From Tubulanus polymorphus (Eukaryota; Animalia; Nemertea): a DNA stretch of 64,000 bases. Made by a program: the position numbers and the translations under genes. Below are positions 12,676-23,969 of the stretch, piece by piece. How positions within the stretch are numbered: position 1 is the first letter of the stretch; every line of letters begins with the position of its first letter. The stretch is taken from the NCBI RefSeq assembly GCF_964204645.1, contig NC_134030.1:13634656-13698655 (forward strand), in the 5' to 3' direction. Below the pieces are notes generated by a model. The model saw only the letters and a list, made by a program, of their open reading frames with translations, was not told the origin of the DNA and searched no databases.

Positions 12676-13935
12676 TTCAGTCCACTTGGGACTTTAGTCC
12701 CAGCGGGCTATTGTGTTCACTTTTCGTCCGTCCGTCCGTCCATAGATGGAATCCAGTTATTTTGGGAAATTTTGAAGACGCTTCAAGGTAATGTCTTGAT
12801 ATTTGGTTTATACATGTATCTACCCTAGACACATCGTCAGCCCAAAAACTGGCCCCGTCAGATTCAAGATGGCCGACTGGCAGCCATTGTTGTTTGCCAA
12901 AATCAGCACTTTTTAAACATTTTCGAAGTTTTCATGGGGAAATTTTGAAGACGCTTTGATCAATTACCTTGATCTTTCGTTTATATTTGAATCTACCAAA
13001 GGCCCATCAGCATAAGAAAATTGGGTCGATCTGACTCAAGATGGCCGTCCTATGACCTTTTTAGTGCCCAAAAATGTCAATTTTGGCCAGAATTCTAGGT
13101 CCTGTAGCTTCCTACTGGTTTGCCATTTCTCATTGCAACTGCTGATGGGTATTCTTTAGAGAGGGATGTTTTATACCTGGGACTGGTATTTTTGATCAGC
13201 CAATTATGACGCAATTGGCGGCCATTTTGGTGTCATCAGTACTCATTCGTAGGTGGGAAAAAGTTTTTCCACATTAAATTGATACCTAAGCATATTGTGT
13301 TACTATATTCAATTGGAAAGTTGTAGCCCATAACGTGTTCTATGATTTTGGTGAGTTTCAAGGTCATTGGTTTTAGTATGTGGCCATCAGGGGGCGTTGA
13401 ATAATACAATAACTTAGTATTGCTATATTATATTTGTACCAAGGCATATTTTGTTACCATGATCCATTGCAAAGTTGTAGATCATGACATCGTCTATGAT
13501 TGTGGTGAGTTTTTAAGGACATTAATTATTCCATATAGTCACCAGGGGGCGTTGAATAGTAGAATGGCTTAGTATTTCCTTATTAGATTGGTACCTAGGC
13601 ATATTTTGTTACTATGATCAATTGCAAAGTTGTATTTCATGACATGTACTACGATTGTGGTGAGTTTTAAGGTCATTGGGTTTTGCATATGGTCACCAGG
13701 GGCGTTGAATAGTAGAATAACTTAGTATTTCCATATTAAATTGGTAACGAGGCATATTTTGTTATCACAATCAATCACAAAATCATAGCTGCTGACATGT
13801 TCTATGATTGTGGTGGGTTTCAAGGTCATTGGTTTTTGTATATGGTCACTAGAGGGCGTTATGTATTGAAATTGTTAGATTGTTGAGCATTTGAAACCAC
13901 TTTCCAAGTGAGCATGGTGTCCCTGGTCCGCTAGT
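12676..13935 (+). mobile_element. Family B DINE-1/HINE-like element, copy 1 (nested in family A)
   Basis: 5' subTIR/hairpin ag(t/c)ccacttgggactttagtcccagcgggct, (GTCC)n, tandem cores of about 150 bp, 3' ccaagtg(a/g)gc plus short hairpin and ctagt. Confidence 0.85.
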
Positions 13936-14869
13936 TTGGTTTTCTGGTTCATTATTCTGGTTTTGTCGCACGCAACAATTCAATATTTTGTTTTTGTCGT
14001 CCGCGACAATTCATTATTTTGGTTTTATCGCCGCGACAATTCATTATTTTGGTTTTGTCACCCGCGACAATTCATAATTTTGGTTTTGTCCCCGTGGTTT
14101 TGTCGGAACATTAAGTTTTTTGGTCGAACAGTGTGTTAAGGTCGTTTTGGAAATTTACTCGGTCTGGTATATTTTGGATTACTGTGGATGTCATTTGTCA
14201 GGACATTAAACAGAAGACGACTTAGGATACTACCTTGCGTGACTCCACTAGTTAGACCGTCTCATTCCAAGATGATGCGTCCCGTTGATTTCGGTTACAA
14301 GTTTCCGTTCAGAGATAACTGCTGAGCCATTTGGGCGACCTATCATTGATACTGTTTCCTAATAGCCTGTTTAGTAATGGCTGATGTTGAGCCTTATCAA
14401 ATGCTTTGTTGAAATCCACCATTGAACAGGATTCTAAGACTGTGCAGAAAACCCGTTATCGCTGCTTTGCAGCTATATTTTTACAATTGCGATTGGTATA
14501 ATTTTTTTTTAAACGGCCGTTAAGGCTTCATGTTTCGTCTGCAATTCACTGCAAATAGTTACGCAACTACGCACATTTCAGTGTTTTTGGCAGCTTTACA
14601 CTCAATCGGCACCGTTCGTGACTAGCTTCACTGCGGAATTATCATTTATTAACATCGCAATATCACATCATCAACTTATATTGTGCCTTAAAACCCTAAC
14701 AGCCGAAATAATTGAAATGCACACACGATTTCTATCATTGAAAATTGAGAGAGTGGCCGTGTTTGTGTTCTGCTGCTTCGCGTAATTCCCGCGGGGTGGC
14801 GCCACCGCGCGGAGTGGGGCCGATACGTCCAGCAAAACTATTGATGAATTTGGCTGTATTTTTCAAAAT

Positions 14870-16395
14870 CATTAAAAAATAGTTTTACTGGTTATTAAGT
14901 CTTTCAAACCAGGAGATATTGAATAAAGGTCCATGAGTAGGTTTCTGATGTCAATTTGTTGGGTTGGATGGCAGCATTTCAGAAGGAAGTGTTTAGTATC
15001 GTATCTTTTTTGCCAGTGATCACATAGGGGATTTATTATATTTTGAAAGTTGTGGACGAATAAATGAGATTTTAAAAGTAAATCAACTCGTAGCCTATTG
15101 AGGCAAATCACCTCCTTATGGTTTAGATTATTAAGCAATATGGTGGATGTTGAGTTAAGGTGAGACTTTCTATAATAGATTGCTGACTTGAATTGAGAAA
15201 AAATTTGAATTGTTCTTAAAATATGGGAAATTAAGTAACATTAAAGTTATAAGGAGAGAGTTTCTTAATTTTCGAGATGAATGTGCAGGTATGCGGAAAG
15301 GGTTAATATAACGAAAATGCCCTGGTGGCAACATTGTAATATTGATTGAATAGAGTTAACGTATGAGGGAGAGCTGCCTCCAAAAAATTTATACATAAAG
15401 ATTTGTTGTCGCTCTAACCGACGGTAAGACAGTTTATCAGCACTATTGTAAAGTAATATCACAATATAAGTGATGAGGGTACACAAATGAATTGTAGATA
15501 GTATTTAAATGTGACGATTTCAATTTGCGAGATAGTGCTTTCAACGGATTAAGGAGTGTTTGAATTTTATCGGCAGTATGATCAACATGGCATTGGAAAT
15601 TGAGATTAACATCCAAAATGAAACCTTAGTGTTTATGGTTGTTGCTAATGGGTATTTGACTCCCATTGAGAAATAGGGGGTTGTAAGTACGTTCAACTTG
15701 TTTAGAGAAAGTCATGTCGCAACTCTTGCCAGGTTTGAATGAAAGGCCGCAACGACATGCCCATTCACTGATTTTATTAAGATCATCCTGAATGACTGCA
15801 TTAAACCAGGTACAGGGTTATTGGAGTCAATTGTATTATAGATTGAGGTATCATCAGCATAAAGGAAAGCAATACAATTCAGATCATCTGGTAGATCGTT
15901 GATGTAAAGAAAAAAAAGTAGAGGTCCCAGTATCGAACCTTGTGGTACAGAACTATTTATATAGGCCTATCCATCTTCAGATTCATCAAAAATCTTCCCT
16001 TCAAGATGTATTCTAATCTTACGGTTTGTGAAGTAATCAGAAATTGTATTTAAGGCCCTACCTCTTATCCAATAGGCTTGAATTTTATGTAATAACAACT
16101 TATGAGGGACTGTGTCAAATGCAGCTGTAATATCAAGATGGAGTGAACAAGCATCCTTGTTTAGTTCAAAATTTTGAAATATATGAGACGTAATGGCTAG
16201 GAACTGGTCACTAGTGCTGTGACTGAAAGAAAGCCCGACTGTTTGTCATAAATCAGGTCATGATCGAGTAGGTGTTGGAAAAGTTGCTTGATAGAGTATT
16301 TAGCAAAGTTATAGGGTGATAATTATTCGGATCTGATTTATCACCCTTTTTAAAGATACATGAGACAACTCCTGATTTCCAGATTTCCGTAGTGG
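14870..16395 (-). mobile_element. CR1-group LINE ORF2 (RT) relic
   Basis: KQSGF, LDITAAFDTVPH.LLL.K, VPQGSILGPLLF..YINDLP, YADDT and QDDLN.I.EW motifs, with stops. Confidence 0.9.
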
Positions 16396-16912
16396 CCGAA
16401 CAATGTGTTTATCCTTTTGCCGGGCCTGCGAAAGCATTCTTATAGACGAGTGTGTGTTTCACACAACAGGCAACATACACAACCGATTGCCAGGTATCAG
16501 GGATTCCGTCTATGGACGACGGATGAAAAGTGAACGCAAAAAACCCAAGTGGGCTAAAAAGCTATCTGAAAAACAGAGCTTCTCTTCAAATTTCCTGATT
16601 TTAAAGAAAAGAGTGAGAATTTCCCAATTTTCCATGCAGGGAAAAACAATTTTAAAAACCCTCCTCCACCGAGCACCCAGATTGCAGAACAGGTGATTAT
16701 TCACTTAGCGTTAGGCTACAATGAGGTGAATGAAGAGACCACCCACAATCTGCAGATGAACTTGCTTAGAATGTAAGAATTAATGAATTTTTCATCTATC
16801 CTGTATAAAAGCAGACATCAGTTTTTCAGGACCATATCTCAGAAAACCAAGGAATCAGGGCAATCAGTGATCCGGAAAAACTCATCTGCCCAAACACCAT
16901 TGTCGATTTTAC

Positions 16913-17101
16913 CTGACAGCAAAATAATGTAGCGTAGCACCAATACCAATGAATAATAAACAGCCAGCAACGATAACTGTATTGGAAACACGATTCACTC
17001 CACGGAACCCATAGTAACCATGGCGATTACTTGTATTATCCTTTGACTTATCCCGCATTGACCATATAGTCTCATCCCAAAATGGAGGAGGTTCTGTGGA
17101 T
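16913..17101 (-). CDS. DNAJC4: DNAJC4-like coding exon with transmembrane segment (...FWDETIWSMRD...YYGFRGVNRVSNTVIVAGCLLFIGIGATLHYFAVR)
   Basis: Acceptor tttctattgatttag; 189 nt; phase-2 donor AG|gtaaaa; N..I...C hydrophobic helix followed by HY, as recalled for DNAJC4. Confidence 0.85.
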
Positions 17102-17394
17102 CTAAATCAATAGAAAAACATAAAACAGTTGTGATTTTGCTGATTTCATCTTTACACATAATTTTCTATTATTTTAGAAAAATGGATTTTAATGCATCAA
17201 ACTATGACCAATACAGTTTGATATTTTATAAAGGGGATTCATAGAGCTGTCCTTCTCTAAAATACAATCTGATATTCTAGGGCCTTTGCAGAGTAATCAA
17301 TCTTTCCTAGATGATTTTGGAATAAGGGGATTTACGACACTGGTAATCTTTGTTGGAGGCAGCCATCATTTCAATTTGGGGCATATACTCTAGC

Positions 17395-17733
17395 CATGGT
17401 TCCCACAGTTATATGAATTATAAATTTCCAAGTTTTTCCAAGTATTTCATGGGTGATTTTTTAATTTTCCCAAATGGAAAAGGACAGATATCATCATGCT
17501 CAGCAGTAAACATTTTATTGGTAACTGGTTGATTAAGGTGATTTTCAAGTGAAATTGCAGAAGAAAGTAGCCCCTTGGCAAATGCAATAAGTGAAACGTA
17601 GGGCCTAATGAATTTCCCAAATATTTCCCTGATTTGAGGAAAATTTCTTAAATTCCCAAATATTTCCAAACCGGGAAGTATCATTTCAAAATTCCCAAGT
17701 TTTTCCCAATTTCCCTGTTCTGTGGGAACCATG
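17395..17733. mobile_element. MITE with 14-bp TIR and 6-bp TSD (hAT6-like)
   Basis: TIR catggttcccacag / ctgtgggaaccatg; TCTAGC on both flanks (17389-17394, 17734-17739). Confidence 0.85.
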
Positions 17734-17996
17734 TCTAGCTGAAAAGATGGCCACAAATAACTTCATGTCATATCACCAAACTAACTATAAATTATACATA
17801 CTGTTTTTGTAGTGAATATTATGAGTGGAAATTGTATTCCGTAGGCCTTGGTCTGTAAAAACAGCCCATTTTACTAGAATCTACATATAATATTTCAGGC
17901 CCCTTGGTGTTTATTTGCACTTAACGCCCCCTGGGTATGGGCCTATTTTTAACAGTACGTGTAGGTATACAAATACGTTATTTTGTCAATACCTAC

Positions 17997-18205
17997 TGAT
18001 ATGTACCATGGCGACTAGGATGCTGTTGGCCATAGAAATTATAAGTCTGCGCCATATTTCGTGCAATGTTTTGATTTCGAATTCTATTGGGAAGACTCAA
18101 ATCATAATCTTGACGTAATCGTTTATTACTCAATACAGAATAAGCATTCTGCAGCTGTACAAATTTATCATGTGAAGACTTATCCCTGTTCAAGTCTGGA
18201 TGTAA
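17997..18205 (-). CDS. DNAJC4: DNAJC4-like coding exon with HPD motif (LHPDLNRDKSSHDKFVQLQNAYSVLSNKRLRQDYD...)
   Basis: Acceptor gattatttcag; HPD motif plus the F..L.NAYSVLS...R..YD J-domain signature; 209 nt; phase-2 donor CA|gtaggt joins in frame to the next exon. Confidence 0.9.
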
Positions 18206-18995
18206 CTGAAATAATCAAATGAATATAACAAAATTATTCTACAGGGTGATTAAACAGTTGATCTAGTAAAGCCTTTTGACCTGGAGGCTCCTGTATCCAG
18301 TTTTGTAAAAGAAATTCAAGTCGTGAACCAATGAAACACATTCTCACATAAAAAAAACGTACCGCGATTTTACATGAATTGGCTCAATGCCAACTTCAAA
18401 TCGCCGACAAAGGTAAACCAAAAAATTGATACCTTGTTTCTTCGTCTGCTTAGCTTAAAACCTATACATAATTTCTTTCAAAATCATCATCAGGCTAGAG
18501 GCTAGCCATAACATACCCAACAGCTATAGAAATGAACTGATTCCGAAATTTCATTAATAGTTTACCAACCACTATGGAGAAACAGTCTCTAGGATAACCC
18601 ATCCGAAAAATGTCACTAAATTAGCTTAAACTGTCTATGAGATAGAGCCCAGAAATGAAAAATACATAACAGCTTTTAGCAACCTTCAACAAGTTGTTCC
18701 AATTGGGCCCTACGTAGAACGGCCTAAAGTAATCGTCATTTATTCAATAATGAGATCGTCACGACAATACTGAGAAACTGAGAAACTTTGATGTATTGAT
18801 CTGGATTTTGGTCTTCCCACTGAGAGAGCCCTGGGAGTTAACCCTTTGAACCCGTGTGGGAGGTTTCAATCTAACGAAATTCGTTAGCAATGATCGATCA
18901 GCATTGAAAGATTTACCAGGACAGGAATTGGTTAAATCATATGGAGATATTGATCTCGATTTTGGTCTTCCCACTGAGAGAGCCCTGGGAGTTAA

Positions 18996-19972
18996 CCCTT
19001 TGAACCCGTGTGGCCGCTATAGCGGCCAAAAACTACTGATAATATATCCCTGCTGGCCTCAAAAGCGGCCAAGAGCAGGGATTCGACCCTACTACAGTTT
19101 TAATGACGTCATACTGGCTCTGCAGTTAAGGAATGAATCATAACAAACCAGGAAGTAAATTTCCGAATGTTTGGAACAAAAATACGGCAAAAAAGTTGAT
19201 TTTCATTGTAAAACAGGATGAATGTTGATCAGGTGGTTGATCAGCTGTTTGACAGTGATTCTGAGGATATAGAAAATGAAAGTTACGGTAATGAATCAGA
19301 TTTTGAAAGTGAATCTGAGCAGTCTGATGACAATGATTTCAATAGTTCAAATAATAGTGATAATGATTCAGATGCCCCTCCCCCTCCTGTTCGTGGACGT
19401 GGTCGAGGCCGGGGCAGGGGTTGTGGAGGTGGAAATAGACCTGCAGTACAGCAGCCATTGCCTACGAATTGGTCAGTAAATGTAACTAACTTTCAAGATA
19501 AGGTTTTCACCCCTGTTGGTGATGTTCCTGGGATGCCTAAAAATATCCCAGCATTTACAAGAGATAGCACTCCAAGTGAGTATCTAAACCTGTTCTGGGG
19601 CCCCAATTTGTGGCAAACATTGGCTAGAGACCACGCGTCAGGCAGAGAATATAAAGGCACAAAAGCCAAATAGTTATTATGCAAAAAACTTTGGAAACTG
19701 TTCAGTGGATGAGATAAAAGCTCTCTTTGGACTAAGGATAGCAATGGAAGTTTTAGTTTATAAAGATCGCTATGAACAGTACTGGAAAAATTCAAATTCA
19801 CTGGCGGGTACGCCAGGATTCAGTGAAGTACTAAATCATGACAATCTGGAGTTCACTCCATTGTGTCAATAAAAATGATGTGAACTTAGACAAGTCTGAT
19901 AAGATTTACAAAACCAGACCTATATTTGAATACATTATAGAAAAATCAATCCACCACTACAAACCTGGGGAA
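18996..19972 (+). mobile_element. piggyBac element, 5' half (PGBD4-like transposase fragment)
   Basis: TTAA (18992-18995) plus CCCTTT terminus; acidic N-terminus; TPSEYLNLF, EIKALFGL, YW...TPGF, LHC.N and DKIYKTRP motifs; frameshifted and 3' truncated. Confidence 0.85.
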
Positions 19973-20460
19973 ATCGATAGGTGACGCATTGTCTGAGATC
20001 AGCAAGGATGAAATGGATAATGCTAGATTCGCGATTATACGATATTTACAACAGACGTATTTTCAACGATAGATAAAAGCTTTGAAAGCTGATAGGTCGA
20101 TACTGAAGATCAGCAGTATTTCACAGTTAGACCCGTTTCTGGATGAGAATGGGTTAATTCGTGTCGGAGGTAGACTCGGGTAAGCTGTTGATCGTACAAA
20201 ATCACATTGCAGTTGGTCATTTGGGAAAAAATGCCGTTATAACTTGTCTGAGGAAACGATTTTGGATTAAAGGGGCAACTCAGCAGATTAAAAACGTCAC
20301 GCGTCGTTGCGTCTCATGTCGGAAAAATCGCGGCAAACTGTGCGAACAAAAGATGGCTGACTTACCTGGTGAAAGATTATCTCCTGACCAACCAGCGTTC
20401 ACCAACACCATAGTTGACTGCTTTGGTCCGTTAGAAGTCAGGAGAGATCGCAGTATTGTA

Positions 20461-22497
20461 ACTAGGGGTCCAGGGACACCATGCCCACTTGGGAAGTGGT
20501 TTCCAATGCTCAACAATCTAACAATTTCAATGTTCAACGCCACCTGGTGACCATACACAAAAACCAATGACCTTGAACCTCACCACAATCATAGAACATG
20601 TCAGCAGCTATGATTTTGTAATTGATTGTGATAACAAAATATGTCTCGTTACCAATTTAATATGGAAATACTAAGTATTCTACTATTCAACGCCCCCTAT
20701 CGACCATATTCAAAACCCAATGACCTTCAAACTCACCATAATCATAGAACATGTCATAAACTACAACTTTGCAATTGATCATGATAACAAAATATGTCTC
20801 ATTACCAATTTAATATGGAAATACTAAGTATTCTACTATTCAACGCCCCCTGGTGACCATATTCAAAACCCAATGACCTTAAAACTCACCATAATCATAG
20901 AACATGTCATAAACTACAACTTTGCAATTGATCATGGTAAGAAAATATGCCTAGGTACCAATCTAATAAGGAAATACTAAGTTATTCTACTATTCAACGC
21001 CCCCTGGTGACCATATAGAATAACCAGGGATGATAACAGACCAATGTTGAAAAGGCGGAAACGAGCGCCGTAGGCGCGAAGTAATATCGGGGGGAACATT
21101 TTTGATTTTCACATCGTCTCAGATCGTTTTTCAGCAGTTTTCCGATTGAAATTTCACTCAGCAAAGCCAAAAAATCAAACAACATCGTCCATGTTTTACA
21201 AAACACACTGCTAGTTCCAAGACGGCAGGGACATAATTGATGCAGAGACAACTATAATGTAACTAGTAGGTTCGAATCCCACATTGATCAATCTTCTTGA
21301 AAGCGACGATCACTAGCCCACGCAATAGATAATTGAATTAGACTTTATTTTTCCAGCATCCTTTATTAATGAACTAATATCAGTACTGATATTACAACAA
21401 GCTAGATTTCCATTAAAAAAAAACTAAAATTCTACATGATTCTATATCGCATTGTCACACCACGCACACGTGTTGAAAATACAAGCATGTACGTATTAAA
21501 AACGACCACCACTCAATGAAAAATCAATAATGTAGATACATGTACATATATCCAGACACGCGTCGGCCAACCGACAGAGAAAACTTTGTTAGGATACAAA
21601 TGCCGCTAAATGATCGCATTTAAAAATAGATCGGGAAACGCTTTCATGGTCATGCCAATCTATCCTTACAATGCTGAGAAACCACAGTCATCATCCTAAC
21701 CCCCCCCCATTTTTTCAACGGATATGCTTTGATCTGAGAAATGATAAAAATTGATTGAAAAGGCGGAAATCCGCCAATTGGCGGAAAATTATCATCCCTG
21801 ATAACTAATGTCCTTAAAACTCACCATATGAACAGATGATGTCATGAGCAACAACTTTGCAATTAATTATGGTAACAAAATATGCTTAGGTATCAATATA
21901 ATGTGGAAAAACTTTTTCCCACCTACCAATGAGTACTGATGATACCAAGATGGCCGCCAATTGCGTCACAATTGGCCAATCAAAAATACCTGGCTCAGGT
22001 ATAAAACAACCCTTTCCAAGGAATACCCATCAATAAATTGCAATGAGAATTGGCAAACCGGTAGGAAGCTACAGGACTCAGAATTTGGGCCAAAATTGAT
22101 ATTTTTGGGCACAAAAAAGGTCATAGGACGGCCATCTTGAGTCCGATCGACCAAATTTTTCTTATGGTGATGGGACCTGGGGGGATTCAAATATATATGA
22201 AAGATCAAGGTAATTGATTTAAGCGTCTTCAAAATTTCCCTCAAAAAGTTCAAAAAGTGTAAAAAGTGCTGATTTTGACGAACAACAATGGCTGCCAGTC
22301 GGCCATCTTGAATCTGAGAGGGCCAGTTTTTGGGCTGAAGATGTGTCTAGGGTAGACACATGTATAAACCAAATATCAAGACATTACTTTGAAGCGTCTT
22401 CAAAACTTCCCAAAATAACTGGATTCCGTCTACGGACGGACGACAGACGAAAAGTGAACGCAATAGCCCGCTGGGACTAAAGTCCCAAGTGGGCTAA
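20461..22497 (-). mobile_element. Family B DINE-1/HINE-like element, copy 2 (inserted in the BEL integrase)
   Basis: Reverse complement of 12676-13935. Splits integrase codons RSIV|KRY at an AA/TT site with no TSD. Confidence 0.88.
21025..21800. mobile_element. MITE with 12-bp TIR and 5-bp TSD (hAT5-like), nested in family B copy 2
   Basis: TIR cagggatgataa / ttatcatccctg; ATAAC duplicated (21020-21024, 21801-21805); the empty site is visible in family B copy 1 (about 13520-13540). Confidence 0.88.
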
Positions 22498-23969
22498 AAA
22501 GATACAGAGATTTACCTGTCTAAACACACAAGCTGTCCATCTGGAATTGTCATTTTCCCTGGATACGGATTCATGTATCAACTCATTGAGAAGATTCATC
22601 GCTAGGCGTGGAACCGTTAAATTAATTAGATCGGATAATGGTACCAGCTTTGTTGGAGCGAAACGAGAATTACAGAAATGTATAAACGAATGGAATAAGG
22701 ATAAGATTCATGAGGAGATGATTCAGCAGAATATACATCGGGAGATGAATCCTCCAGCAGCCAGTCATTTTGGAGGTGTCTGGGAGCGTCTTACTCGTTC
22801 AGTAAGGAAGATTCTTCACTCACTGATTAAAGAACAAGGACTTAAACTTACCGATGAAAGTCTACTTATTCTATTCTGGTCGAAGCAATATTAAATAGTA
22901 GACCGATTTGAAGTGAAGATTCAAACAACTTGGAGCTGTTAACACCTAATCATATGTTACTACTAGAGCGGAACTCCAGCTTTCCACCGGATGTTTTCAA
23001 TAAAACAGAAATTCATGCAAAATGTCGCTGGAAACAGGTACAATACCTAGCCAACTTATTTTGGAAAAGATGGGTTTCGGATTATTTACCCACCTTTTTA
23101 CCCACCTAACAGGAGCGCAGTAAATGGGTAAAAGCTAGGCCTAATGTTCAAGTTAAGGCCATTGTTTTGGTAGTGGAGAATTCGATGAGAATTCGTGGTC
23201 TCTAGGAGGCATTACTGATGTATGGAGCGATAGAAAGGGATTTGTTCGATCAGCTACTATCAAAACCAAATCGGCAGTAATTCGTCATCCTGTGGATAAA
23301 TTTTCGATGGTGGTTGAATCAGATATTGAGTAAAATTGTGTGTTGTTAAATTACCCGGAGATTTAAGATAATATCAACAAATCACTCAACACACCCCAAG
23401 GCTTTTCATGTTTCCCGTGGTATTATATACGCGGCATTTGTCACCGCTATGATCAAACAACTTAAATTCAGTAATGTTATCTGGTACTTCATTATCTAGA
23501 AACAGTTCATACTGAGACTTGATTGTATCACAATCTTTAATATGCACTTTCTTCTATTCTACCAATACATGAACAGCTTTATCAAAAGAGTCTTTATAAC
23601 GAGATTTTCTGTCAACGATTTCCTTTGGATTCAAGCATTTCATCGCTCGCACAAGCTGATATTTAGCAGGACATTTGTCTTGCAGTTTGCTGATTCATCT
23701 AAGCACAGCTGCTATAAATTGTGAATGAATTTCAAGTGATTGCCTCTCTGACACTTCTTTCTTAGATAACAATAATTTCATCCCTAGGGGTGATCATACT
23801 GTGTAATATCATAGTCCTGCGATCAACGTTTCTTCTTGAATCGCGTTCACAAGCTCATGCGGACGGACGGACAGACGGACAGACGAACGGACAGACGGAG
23901 GCGGATACCAAGTCCCCCGCTCGCGGCCTACGCCTAAAATAAGGATTTATTAGTTTTGAGCAAAGATTT

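Larger units (their letters stand above)
10361..14480 (+). mobile_element. Family A non-autonomous Helentron/HINE-like element, copy 1
   Basis: 5' hairpin agggttttc...gaaaaccct, then (TAT)n; 3' cagaaaacccg plus stem-loop gctgctttgcagc and tatattt. Inserted at T|T without TSD relative to the empty site at 1472-1490. Confidence 0.85.
18675..23335 (+). mobile_element. BEL/Pao LTR retrotransposon pol relic (RT, RNase H-adjacent and integrase), interrupted by nested insertions
   Basis: SCSNWALRRTA...ILRNF; GGFNLTKFVSN...LPTERALGV; LDPFLDENGLIRVGGRL; H...GH..C..C zinc finger; KMADLP..R; AVHLEL; LRRFIARRG..SDNGTSFVGA; PPAASHFGGVWERL; LTPNH; FWKRW. Confidence 0.92.

Noticed and set aside
11513-12828. 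Overlapping repetitive ORFs (up to 222 aa)
   Set aside because: Artefact of a stop-poor 31-bp unit cycling through reading frames.
11480-14100. 31-bp repeat array as a CRISPR array
   Set aside because: Units are head-to-tail with no unique spacers, there are no cas genes, and the context is a eukaryotic intron.
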